From Thermoplasmata archaeon (lineage in GTDB: Archaea; Thermoplasmatota; Thermoplasmata; Lutacidiplasmatales; UBA184), in NCBI GenBank assembly GCA_035297125.1, contig DATGZQ010000019.1, forward strand, positions 12,940 to 76,939: a DNA stretch of 64,000 bases. Direction: 5' to 3'. Shown here in pieces: positions 9,494-17,390 of this stretch. Made by a program: the position numbers and the translations under genes. The stretch's first letter is position 1, and each line of letters begins with the position of its first letter. The notes beneath the pieces were generated by a model. It made no database searches. It was given only the letters and a program-made list of their open reading frames with translations, and was not told the DNA's origin.

Positions 9494-10144
9494 GTGCCGC
9501 CCCGGCGAGGGAGCGTCATCGGGCTCGACCTGGCGGGGAGCCCCGGCCGGCGGACCGGATTCTGCCGGCTCGGGCCGGGGCTCGCGACCCGAACCGCTCC
9601 GCTGGCGGGCGATGCGGAGATCCTGGACGCGGTGCGTTCCTCCCGGCCGAGCATTGTCGCGATCGACGCTCCCCTGAGTCTCCCGGCGGGCCGACTCTCC
9701 CTCGACATTCCCGGCCCTCCTCATCTACGGCGATGCGACCGCGAGCTGCAGAAGCTGGGGATCCGGTTCTTCCCGGTCACCCTCGGCCCGATGCGGATGC
9801 TCACCGCCCGGGGGATCGCGCTCGCCCAGCGGTTCCGCGCCGAGGGGTTCACCGTCATCGAGGCGTACCCCGGCGGCGCCCAGGATCTCCTCGGGATCCC
9901 GCGGAAGGGAGCGGGCGTGGAGACGTTGCGAAGGGCCCTCGTTCGCTTCGGGTTTCGCGGCGACGTGGAGCGCACGGCGATCACCCACGACGAGCTGGAC
10001 GCCGTGGTCTGCGCGTACACCGGCCGCGAGCACCTCGCCGGCCGCTCCCTCGTCCTCGGCGACCCCGCGGAGGGCCTGCTCGTCCTGCCCCGGCCGCGCT
10101 CGGTCCGCGGGCGTTCCGTGCCCGCACGGCGGAGGTCCGCGTGA
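9494..10144 (+). CDS. DUF429-like predicted nuclease (RNase H-like fold); probable GTG start at 9494
   Basis: IGLDLAG, AIDAPLSLP, RRCDREL, IEAYP and HDELDAVVCA motifs. Confidence 0.8.
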   Translation: MPPRRGSVIGLDLAGSPGRRTGFCRLGPGLATRTAPLAGDAEILDAVRSSRPSIVAIDAPLSLPAGRLSLDIPGPPHLRRCDRELQKLGIRFFPVTLGPMRMLTARGIALAQRFRAEGFTVIEAYPGGAQDLLGIPRKGAGVETLRRALVRFGFRGDVERTAITHDELDAVVCAYTGREHLAGRSLVLGDPAEGLLVLPRPRSVRGRSVPARRRSA

Positions 10145-10920
10145 GAGAGCCCACCTTCCGGACCGCCCCCGCCGTGCGTGGATTCGAACGAAGCGCCGAG
10201 GCGTACGAGCGGGGCCGGCCGGGTTACCCGGCCTCGGTCGCCCGGCACCTCGCCCGCGCCCTCCGGCTCGGACCCCGTCGGACGGTCGTAGAGCTCGGCA
10301 GCGGGACGGGGAAGTTCACGCGGACGCTCGTTCCTGTGGGATGCGCTATCGTCGCGGTGGAACCGACCGCCGGCATGCGCCGGGTCTTCGAGCGCACGGT
10401 TCCCGACATCCCCGTCCTTCCCGGGACCGCGGAGGCGATCCCTCTGCCCGACGGGCTCGCCGACGCGGTCGTCGCCGCCCAGGCGTTCCAATGGTTCCGC
10501 CCGCGGCCCGCGATGGAGGAGATCGCGCGCGTGCTGCGACCGGGCGGAGGGTTGGGCCTCGTCTGGAACGTCCGGGACGAGTCGGTCGGCTGGATGAAGG
10601 CGGTCTCGAGGATCCTCGGCCGCTACAACCACGCCCCGCAGGTCCGCGAACGCCGGTGGAAGGCCGCGTTCCGGGCGAAGGGCGTGCCCTTCCCTCCCCC
10701 TCGGATGCGCCGCATCTCCCACGTCCAGCGGGCGACCCCCTCGGAGGTCCTCGACCGGTTCCTCTCCGTGAGCTCCATCGCCATCCTTCCCGCGGCGGAC
10801 CGCCGGAAGGTCGCGACGGAGATCCGGGAGCTCCTCCGTTCGGACCCCATGACCCGGGGCCGGTCGTACGTCGACCTGCCGTACGACACCGAGGTCTACT
10901 GGACCCGCCTCAAGCGTTGA
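10141..10920 (+). CDS. Class I SAM-dependent methyltransferase
   Basis: YERGRPGYP, VELGSGTGKFT, AQAFQWF, RVLRPGG; GTGA overlap with the upstream gene. Confidence 0.9.
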   Translation: MREPTFRTAPAVRGFERSAEAYERGRPGYPASVARHLARALRLGPRRTVVELGSGTGKFTRTLVPVGCAIVAVEPTAGMRRVFERTVPDIPVLPGTAEAIPLPDGLADAVVAAQAFQWFRPRPAMEEIARVLRPGGGLGLVWNVRDESVGWMKAVSRILGRYNHAPQVRERRWKAAFRAKGVPFPPPRMRRISHVQRATPSEVLDRFLSVSSIAILPAADRRKVATEIRELLRSDPMTRGRSYVDLPYDTEVYWTRLKR

Positions 10921-10937
10921 GCGCGGCGACGTCCGGG

Positions 10938-11447
10938 TCAGCCGGGTCCGGCCCGGACGTCACAGACGTCCGCCCAGGAGCAGCGCCCGCAGCGGCCCGG
11001 GCTCGGCGTCGCCCGCCCGTCGTACCTGGCCCGGACCGCGCGGTCGATGGCGAGAAGCTCGGATCGGGCGGTCGCGTTCCAGGCGACCCTAACCTCCCGG
11101 TCCGTGTAGCGCAGCACGCCGAACGAGGGCGAGCGGCCTGTCGTTTCCTCCACGAGCAGGCAGTACGCCCACACCTGGACGACATGCGACGGGAAGGCGC
11201 CGCGCGCGGGCGCCGCCCGGTGCTTCAGCTCGATCGGGACGAGCGTCCCGTCGGGCGCGCGACGCAGGATGTCCGGGCGACCCGAGAGGCGGTACCGTTC
11301 CGAACGGAGGGTCTCCGGTCGGCCGGCGTCGATCGATACCAGGGACCCGAACCGGCGGTCACGGCGCCGGTGCGCGAGCAGTCCGGCGCCGGCCGCGAGG
11401 ACGATCAGCCCGACGCCGAGTACGGCGAGGGCGAGGAGCGGCGTCAC
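10938..11447 (-). CDS. Cas4-like PD-(D/E)XK nuclease, C-terminal part with N-terminal TM helix
   Basis: Hydrophobic N-terminus, then GRPD, PIELK, QVWAY and CGRCSWADVC (three Fe-S Cys). GTG start overlaps the upstream TGA (GTGA at 11447-11444). Confidence 0.85.
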   Translation of the reverse strand: MTPLLALAVLGVGLIVLAAGAGLLAHRRRDRRFGSLVSIDAGRPETLRSERYRLSGRPDILRRAPDGTLVPIELKHRAAPARGAFPSHVVQVWAYCLLVEETTGRSPSFGVLRYTDREVRVAWNATARSELLAIDRAVRARYDGRATPSPGRCGRCSWADVCDVRAGPG

Positions 11448-11695
11448 CGCCACAGGAAGACCGCCAGCGCCCCGAGGACCAACAGCGCGCCGATCCCCAC
11501 GAGGGCCCAGTAGGCCGACCCGTGCGCCGAACGACGGAGCTCACCGCCCAGCGTCCGGGCGTGATATCTCTCCCCCGCTACGGAGCTCCGGCTCGGCGGG
11601 GCCGACCCGTACGTCTGCCGGTAGTAGTGCGCGCGCGGGCAGTACGCATACTCGGCGAGCTCGGACGGGGTCGTCCACCGCTCTTCGGAACGCAC
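11444..11695 (-). CDS. Cas4-like N-terminal fragment (first Fe-S Cys, conserved His) with C-terminal TM helix
   Basis: TPSELAEYAYCPRAHYY...GERYH, then AYWALVGIGALLVLGALAVFLWR. Confidence 0.8.
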   Translation of the reverse strand: MRSEERWTTPSELAEYAYCPRAHYYRQTYGSAPPSRSSVAGERYHARTLGGELRRSAHGSAYWALVGIGALLVLGALAVFLWR

Positions 11696-11761
11696 GCGCG
11701 AGAAACGCGTCGCGCCCAGACTTACCGATTCCGTTGGACGCGCACGCGTCCCGGCTCGCGC

Positions 11762-12193
11762 CTATGCGTCGTCGGCCGAGTCCGAAGCCTTCGCCTTGGG
11801 CTTCGGCTTGCGCGGTCTCGGCGCCTTGGCCGCGTCGGCCTTCGCTTCTCCGGTCGCCTTCGCGCGTGCCGGAGCTGCGGGAGCCGGGGTCTCCTTGGCG
11901 GCGGGAGCCGGTTCCTTGGCGGCGGGGGCGGCCTTCGACGGGGCGGCGGTCGCGGGGCGGGACTTCGGCGAGGCGGCCGAGGCGCGCACGCTCGCCGAGT
12001 GCTCGGCGGCCTTCTTCAGCTCGTACGCCCGGGTCCACTTGAACCGGTGGCCGACCCGGCCCAGCTTCAGCTGCTGCTTGCGGCACGACGACGTGCAGAA
12101 ATGGAAGACGGTCCCGTCGCGCTTCACGAACATCGACCCGGTGCCGGGTTCGATCTCACGGGCGCAGAACGAGCACTGGCGCTTGACCACCAT
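11762..12193 (-). CDS. rpl24e: 50S ribosomal protein L24e with Ala/Lys/Pro-rich tail
   Basis: CSFC..IEPGTG.MFVKRDG...FCTSSC...KWT. Confidence 0.96.
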   Translation of the reverse strand: MVVKRQCSFCAREIEPGTGSMFVKRDGTVFHFCTSSCRKQQLKLGRVGHRFKWTRAYELKKAAEHSASVRASAASPKSRPATAAPSKAAPAAKEPAPAAKETPAPAAPARAKATGEAKADAAKAPRPRKPKPKAKASDSADDA

Positions 12194-12203
12194 GGGAACG
12201 TTC

Positions 12204-12416
12204 CTACCGGACCGAAAGCTTTCGGGCCTCGCGCGCGGTCTCTCGGAGGATCAGGACGTCGCCCAGGCGGATCGGGCCGGCCACGTTCCGGGTGATGATC
12301 TTGCCCCGATCGCGGCCCGCGAGAACGCGCACCTTGACCTGCGTCGCCTCGCCCGCCATCCCGGTGCGGCCTACGAGCTCGACGACCTCGGCCGGCGAGC
12401 CCTTCTCTTCCGCCAT
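12204..12416 (-). CDS. rps28e: 30S ribosomal protein S28e
   Basis: [17 protein letters not shown]...[23 protein letters not shown]. Confidence 0.97.
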   Translation of the reverse strand: MAEEKGSPAEVVELVGRTGMAGEATQVKVRVLAGRDRGKIITRNVAGPIRLGDVLILRETAREARKLSVR

Positions 12417-12441
12417 CGACGATCCCTCGCCCGAACGGGGC

Positions 12442-12813
12442 TCACTTCTTCAGCGTCGGGTACGCCGCGGCGATCTCGTCGAGCAGGGCCTTCGCCTCAC
12501 CGGGCTCGACGATCGCAACGCTCGCCGCCGACTTCGAGAGCCCGGCGGCCTGGCCGAGCCTCAGCTTCTTCGGGACGTAGACGTACGGGATGCGCTTCTC
12601 CTCGCACAGCATCGGCACGTGGACCAGGATCTCGACCGGGTCGACGTCCTCTGCCATCACGATGAGCTTCGCTTCCGCGCGCTCGCTCGATTTGGTGACT
12701 TCGTTCGTGCCGACCCGGATCTTGCCCGTCTCGCTCGCCACCTGAACGAGCTGGAGCACTTTGTCGGCGAGGTCGCTCGGGGTCTCAAACCGTACGTAGA
12801 TGGGTCGCGCCAT
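12442..12813 (-). CDS. rpl7ae: 50S ribosomal protein L7Ae
   Basis: [37 protein letters not shown]. Confidence 0.97.
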   Translation of the reverse strand: MARPIYVRFETPSDLADKVLQLVQVASETGKIRVGTNEVTKSSERAEAKLIVMAEDVDPVEILVHVPMLCEEKRIPYVYVPKKLRLGQAAGLSKSAASVAIVEPGEAKALLDEIAAAYPTLKK

Positions 12814-12821
12814 GGTTCTTC

Positions 12822-12856
12822 GCGTCAGCGGAACCCCCGAACGGGGGGTCCTCGGC
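12822..12856 (-). promoter_or_regulatory. Kink-turn in the rpl7ae 5' UTR (probable L7Ae autoregulatory site)
   Basis: RNA GCC-GA-GGA-CCCCCC-GUUC-GGGGG-U-UCC-GCU-GA-CGC: C-stem GGA/UCC, 3-nt bulge GCU, tandem GA/AG, NC stem. TATA-like TTAAATA at 12893-12887. Confidence 0.75.
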
Positions 12857-12885
12857 TCACGGGTAGGCCCCGCCTACGGCCTGCG

Positions 12886-13968
12886 CTATTTAACGCTAGT
12901 AGGGCCGGCGGCGCGGAACGCGGCGCTCGAAAGCTCCGGATGCTCCGCGAAGTAGCGGCGCGCGGGAGCGATCAACCGGTCGAGGGACGCGACCACCGCG
13001 CCCTTCAGGTCCTGGGGGTGGAGGCGCCCCTTGGCCCATGCGGCGAGGAACGCCGGCTCGTCCGGGAACTCCACCGGCCCGCCGTGCTTCGCGGCCCGCT
13101 CGACCGTCAGGCGACCCTCCCACGGGAACACGATGTACCGGGCGATCTCCACGACCGGGTTCCCCTCGACCTCCTTCACCGGACAGAAGGCGGCGCCGAT
13201 GCGCGCGGCGATCTCCTCCCGTTCCGAGGGGATTGGGGCCCCCGACCCGGGGTCCGATTTCGACATCTTCCCCTCCACCGGCCCGTCGGTCGGGTCCATT
13301 CGGCCCCCGCCGCGCAGGGACGAGAGGAGGGGCGTGTGGACCGCGGCCGGGACCGGCCACCCGTAATGGTGGGCCACCTCTCGCGCGAGGACGTGCGCCC
13401 GGCGCTGGTCGAGCCCGCCGTAGGCGATGTCCACCGGGAGCTCGAAGATGTCCGCCGCCTGCATCGAGGGGTAGAACAGCTTCGAGCTGTCGAGGTTGGA
13501 TTCCTCCTCGCTTCGGCCCATGATCGACATCGCCCGCTTCGTGCGCGCGAGGCTGGTCGCCTTCGCGACCCGGACGACCCGAGCCCAGTACGCCGACGAG
13601 CCCGTGAGCTCGTGCGCCCAGCGGAACGAGACGCGCTGGGGGTCGGCGCCGAGGGCCGTGAACGCGGCCTGCATGTACCGACCGCACGCCTCGATCCGGG
13701 CGAGGTCCCCGTCGAGCTTGTCGTTGATCCAGGCGTGCCAGTCGGCGAGGAAGACGGTGACGTGGCACCCCGCGTCGGCGAGGTCGATGATCTTGCGGGC
13801 GGTGATGAGATGGGCGATCGTGAGCGAGCCGGACGGTTCGAACCCGATGTACGCCCGGGGTCGCTCGGTCCGCGCGAAGAGCGCCCGGACCTCCTCCGGC
13901 GTGAGGACCTCGGCCGTGTGCCGGACTACCCGGTCGACGCGTGCTTCGACGTCCACGTCACTCCTCAC
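12886..13968 (-). CDS. tyrS: Tyrosine--tRNA ligase (archaeal type)
   Basis: YIGFEPSG, LADWHAWINDK, YPSMQAAD, GGLDQRRAH, KMSKS, HPQDLK. Confidence 0.95.
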   Translation of the reverse strand: MRSDVDVEARVDRVVRHTAEVLTPEEVRALFARTERPRAYIGFEPSGSLTIAHLITARKIIDLADAGCHVTVFLADWHAWINDKLDGDLARIEACGRYMQAAFTALGADPQRVSFRWAHELTGSSAYWARVVRVAKATSLARTKRAMSIMGRSEEESNLDSSKLFYPSMQAADIFELPVDIAYGGLDQRRAHVLAREVAHHYGWPVPAAVHTPLLSSLRGGGRMDPTDGPVEGKMSKSDPGSGAPIPSEREEIAARIGAAFCPVKEVEGNPVVEIARYIVFPWEGRLTVERAAKHGGPVEFPDEPAFLAAWAKGRLHPQDLKGAVVASLDRLIAPARRYFAEHPELSSAAFRAAGPTSVK

Positions 13969-14077
13969 CTCCCCCCGTATTTAGGCCGTGGCGCGGCGTC
14001 CGGGGCGCTCGCAGGGGCCTTCTCCTGACGGAGACATATATTATGACCTCACGCCGCGCTAGTCCTCTCCTCGGTCC

Positions 14078-16351
14078 ATGGACGGTGCGACGGGGGGGGC
14101 GATGGCGGCTCCGGAAGGCTCCTCGTCGGGGGCCGACGATCTCGCCCGGGCCCTCGGGCTTTCCCGCGGCACCGCGCAGCGCCTCGTGGACGCCGGGTAC
14201 GCGAGCGCTCCCGCCGTCCGGGAACTCTCGACGGAGACCCTCGACCGGCTGGGCGTGACCGCCGAGGAGCGGGATGCCATCCGCCGCAGCTCCCCCTCGC
14301 CGGACGTGGCCGCCGCGCCCGCCGCTCCGTCCGCTGCCTCGGTGAACGCCGACCAGATCGTCGAGCGTTGGGTTGGGAACGTCCAGCGGGCAGACCGGGG
14401 GCGAAAGCGCCGGCTCCCCACGGCCGCGAAAGGTTCCACCGACGTGCTGCGGAAGTGGGTGGACGGCGATGACCGGGCGATGGAGGACTGGATCCGTTCC
14501 TCCGACACCGAGCGTCCCGCCCCCGTGGCCCCGGCTCCCCCGATGGCCGCCGGAACGGAGGAGGGGGCCCTGCTGCCCCGCACCGCCGAGCCCGGCGGTT
14601 TGCCGACGGTCAGCGAGCGGGAGGAGACGGTCGTCCGATGGCTCACCGGCCTCCTCGACCGCGTGAAATCCGACCAATTCGACCCTTCCTCGATGATCCA
14701 GGAGGTCCAAGACCTCCAGCGGCAGCTCTACGACGAGCGGACGAAGCGCAAACAGCTCGAGGACCAGGTCGAGCACGTCAAGCGCGGCTCGATCGCCGTC
14801 ATCAAGTACGTACGGTCGCGGGAAGCGAAAGAGCGCGAGCTCGCCGTGCGGGCCAAGGAGGCGGAGGTCGCCGACCTGAGGCTTAGGCTGACCGCCCTCA
14901 ACGGCTCCCCCGGCGGCCCCGGCGCCCTCCCCGAGGCCCCGGCCGGAGACGGCGCCCCGTCGTCGGGCTCGGACCCCGGCGCCGTCGAGCGGGCGATCCG
15001 CGACACCGAGCTTCGCCTCCGCAACGAGTTCTCCGACCACGAGCACCAGTTCATCGAACGGGAGACGGAGCTTCGCCGACGGGTCGTCCAGCTGGAAGGC
15101 GAGATTCGCAGCCTCTCGAGCGTGGCCCAGCAGGCGGAGGGCCGGGCCGAGCTCGTCGGAAAGCAGGGGAGCCCCATCGCCGAGGACGTGACCCGGCGGT
15201 TGGAGGAGCTTACGCTGAAGGAGCGGGACCTGGTCGCCCGGGAGAACGAGCTCCGCGCGAAGTTCGAGGAGATCCGGATCAACGCCGAGGAGGTCGAGCG
15301 GCGACGGGGCCCCCTCGAGTTCAAGGAGCGGGAGCTCGCCGTCTACGACCAGCAGCTGCAGACCCGCCGCCAGGCGCTCGACATCGAGGCGCGACGCCTC
15401 GAGGAGCATCGACGGGAGGCCGGGATCGGCGGCGTCGCGAAGACGAGCGAGGGAGCCCGCCTCGACGACATGCGCCACGAGCTCGCCAAGAAGGAGGCCG
15501 AGCTGCGCGCGCGCGAGACCCAGCTCCAGGACCAGGTCCGGGAGCTCGAGAAGCTCGCCGGCCGGGCGGCCGAGGCGGACGCCGACCAGATGCATGCCGA
15601 CAGCGTCGCCGCGGCGGAGTCCCCCAAGGTCCGGAGCGGCGTCCGCCGGCTCGACGACCTGCTCTTCGGAGGGTTCGCGGCGGGGACCCAGATCCTGCTC
15701 AACGGTCCTGCCCATACCGGAAAGGACGTCCTCGCGCGGTTGTTCTCGACGGAGGGCCTGCGCGTCGGGATCCCCTCCCTCTGGGTGGTCACGGACAAGA
15801 GCTACGGCCAGGTCCGGGACGACCTCGCGACGCTCTACCCCGGCCTCGCGGACGCCGAGAAGAAGGGGATGCTGCGGTTCGTCGACCTCTACTCGCTGTC
15901 GGTCGGGTCGTCCGCGCCGGTGCCGGGCGTGCGCTTCCTCTCCTCGACCGGCAAGGCGGTCCTCGACCAGCTCGCCCAGAGCGTGAACGGGTTCGGCGAG
16001 GAGCTGAAGTCGAAGTTCTCGACCTACCGGCTCATCTTCGAGTCGGTGTCGACCATCACGGCGTACCTCGACACGGCATCCACGTTCCGGTTCCTCCAGC
16101 CGTTCGTGGGACGCCGCAAGCTCGACGGGGCCGTCGGCTACTATGTCCTCGAGAGCGGCATGCACTCGGAGTCGGACCTCGAGACGCTGGAGCACATGGT
16201 CGACGGGTCGCTGAACCTGAAGATCGACCAGATGAAGACGTTCCTTTCGGTCCGCGGGATCGGCGAGGCCCAGGCGCGGAGCTGGGTCGGCTACACGTTC
16301 ACGAAGCGCTCGTTCAACCTCGGCTCGTTCAGCCTCGAGCACATCCGCTGA
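14078..16351 (+). CDS. Multidomain protein: N-terminal HhH, long coiled coil, C-terminal RAD55/KaiC-like ATPase
   Basis: GLSRGTAQRLVDAGY HhH; KE.EL/RE.EL heptad region; SGVRRLDDLLFGG, GPAHTGKD, LIFES. Confidence 0.85.
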   Translation: MDGATGGAMAAPEGSSSGADDLARALGLSRGTAQRLVDAGYASAPAVRELSTETLDRLGVTAEERDAIRRSSPSPDVAAAPAAPSAASVNADQIVERWVGNVQRADRGRKRRLPTAAKGSTDVLRKWVDGDDRAMEDWIRSSDTERPAPVAPAPPMAAGTEEGALLPRTAEPGGLPTVSEREETVVRWLTGLLDRVKSDQFDPSSMIQEVQDLQRQLYDERTKRKQLEDQVEHVKRGSIAVIKYVRSREAKERELAVRAKEAEVADLRLRLTALNGSPGGPGALPEAPAGDGAPSSGSDPGAVERAIRDTELRLRNEFSDHEHQFIERETELRRRVVQLEGEIRSLSSVAQQAEGRAELVGKQGSPIAEDVTRRLEELTLKERDLVARENELRAKFEEIRINAEEVERRRGPLEFKERELAVYDQQLQTRRQALDIEARRLEEHRREAGIGGVAKTSEGARLDDMRHELAKKEAELRARETQLQDQVRELEKLAGRAAEADADQMHADSVAAAESPKVRSGVRRLDDLLFGGFAAGTQILLNGPAHTGKDVLARLFSTEGLRVGIPSLWVVTDKSYGQVRDDLATLYPGLADAEKKGMLRFVDLYSLSVGSSAPVPGVRFLSSTGKAVLDQLAQSVNGFGEELKSKFSTYRLIFESVSTITAYLDTASTFRFLQPFVGRRKLDGAVGYYVLESGMHSESDLETLEHMVDGSLNLKIDQMKTFLSVRGIGEAQARSWVGYTFTKRSFNLGSFSLEHIR

Positions 16352-16434
16352 GCCCGTTCATCCCCTCCACGCCGTCCGGAGCGCGGTTTCGCCCCCTGCC
16401 AAGAGCTATGTAGAGGACGCCCGTCGGTCTCTTC

Positions 16435-16745
16435 GCTAGGCTAGACCGGGGGGTTGGGCGTCCCCTTACACACCGAAACCGTCCTTAGCGGGGGTGACAG
16501 GCAGGAGCGACGTTCGGAGGAGTCGCGCGTCCCGCGTGGCTTCGCAGAAGCTCTGTTCCGCCGGGCCGCGGGCCCCGCGACGAGCGCTCGGAGGAGCGCC
16601 CTAGCGGGTATCCATCACGGGCATCGGGTCAGGTCCTGACGGGAGCAGCCTTACCGTGACCCGTCGACGCTGGCGGGGTGACGGGGCCGAGGAGCGCGCG
16701 AGATCTACGGGCGATTCGTCCGGGCGGCAATCCTGCTGGCCTAGC
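16435..16745 (+). ncRNA. ffs: Archaeal signal recognition particle (7S) RNA
   Basis: Terminal helix GCTAGGCTAG/CTGGCCTAGC; helix 6 GCGCTC-GGAG-GAGCGC; helix 8 CAGG-TCC-TGAC-GGG-AGCAG; 311 nt. Confidence 0.92.
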
Positions 16746-16839
16746 ACCCCGCGGGACCGGTCCACGTTTCGGTTAGGGTAGAACGACCGTTGAAGGAGTG
16801 GGGAATCGAGACACCCCCACCCCCCTGTTTCCAATGCAA

Positions 16840-17295
16840 CTATTTCCCAGGGGCCGGCCACCCCTCGCTCGTTGCGTCGACCGCGTCGCGCTCGAGCACG
16901 GCCCGGCGCCCGTCGGGGATGGGTTTCTTGGAACCGGTGCTGTAGTCGTAGCAGACGATGACGGTCCGGCCCAGGGCGGTCAGGGTGCCGGTCTTTACGT
17001 CGGTGAAGCGGTAGAGGAACGTGAAGCTCGTCCGGCCGGGAGGACGTGCTGGAGTGATCTCTCCCAGCAGTTCGGCCCCGTAGCCTACGGGTGCGAGGTA
17101 GCGGCAGGAGGCTTCGGCGATGATGATGTCGAGAGAGGTAGGGTCGGTAGAGGAGAGCAGAGGAAGGTAGTAGTCGCAACGGAGAGTCTCCATCATCGGA
17201 AAGTATGCAGCGTGGTTGAGGTGGTTGAGCACGTCGAGATCGTGATACGGAACGTAGAACCGACGACGAACCCTCCACGATCCTGTACCGGACAC
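16840..17295 (-). CDS. Acyl-CoA thioesterase (4HBT/YbgC hotdog family); probable GTG start at 17295
   Basis: YHDLDVLNHLNHAAY, CRYLAPV, GRTSF, KKPIP. Confidence 0.88.
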   Translation of the reverse strand: MSGTGSWRVRRRFYVPYHDLDVLNHLNHAAYFPMMETLRCDYYLPLLSSTDPTSLDIIIAEASCRYLAPVGYGAELLGEITPARPPGRTSFTFLYRFTDVKTGTLTALGRTVIVCYDYSTGSKKPIPDGRRAVLERDAVDATSEGWPAPGK

Positions 17296-17390
17296 GGTCC
17301 CCTGCCTCGACGACCGACTGTCCCGCTCCCTATTATGGCCTCGAGAGGCTGACGGCCCTGCTCCGCGAGCGCACGCGGGGAATGGGTGCC

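Noticed and set aside
10938..11761. CRISPR-Cas locus suggested by the Cas4-like genes
   Set aside because: No repeat-spacer array and no cas1, cas2 or effector genes were seen in the window.
11762..11990. Repetitive Ala/Lys/Pro tail of L24e as a separate repeat element
   Set aside because: In-frame low-complexity extension, common on ribosomal proteins of GC-rich prokaryotes.
16454..16800. ORFs 16454..16639 and 16601..17278
   Set aside because: They overlap the SRP RNA and the thioesterase and are not protein-like.
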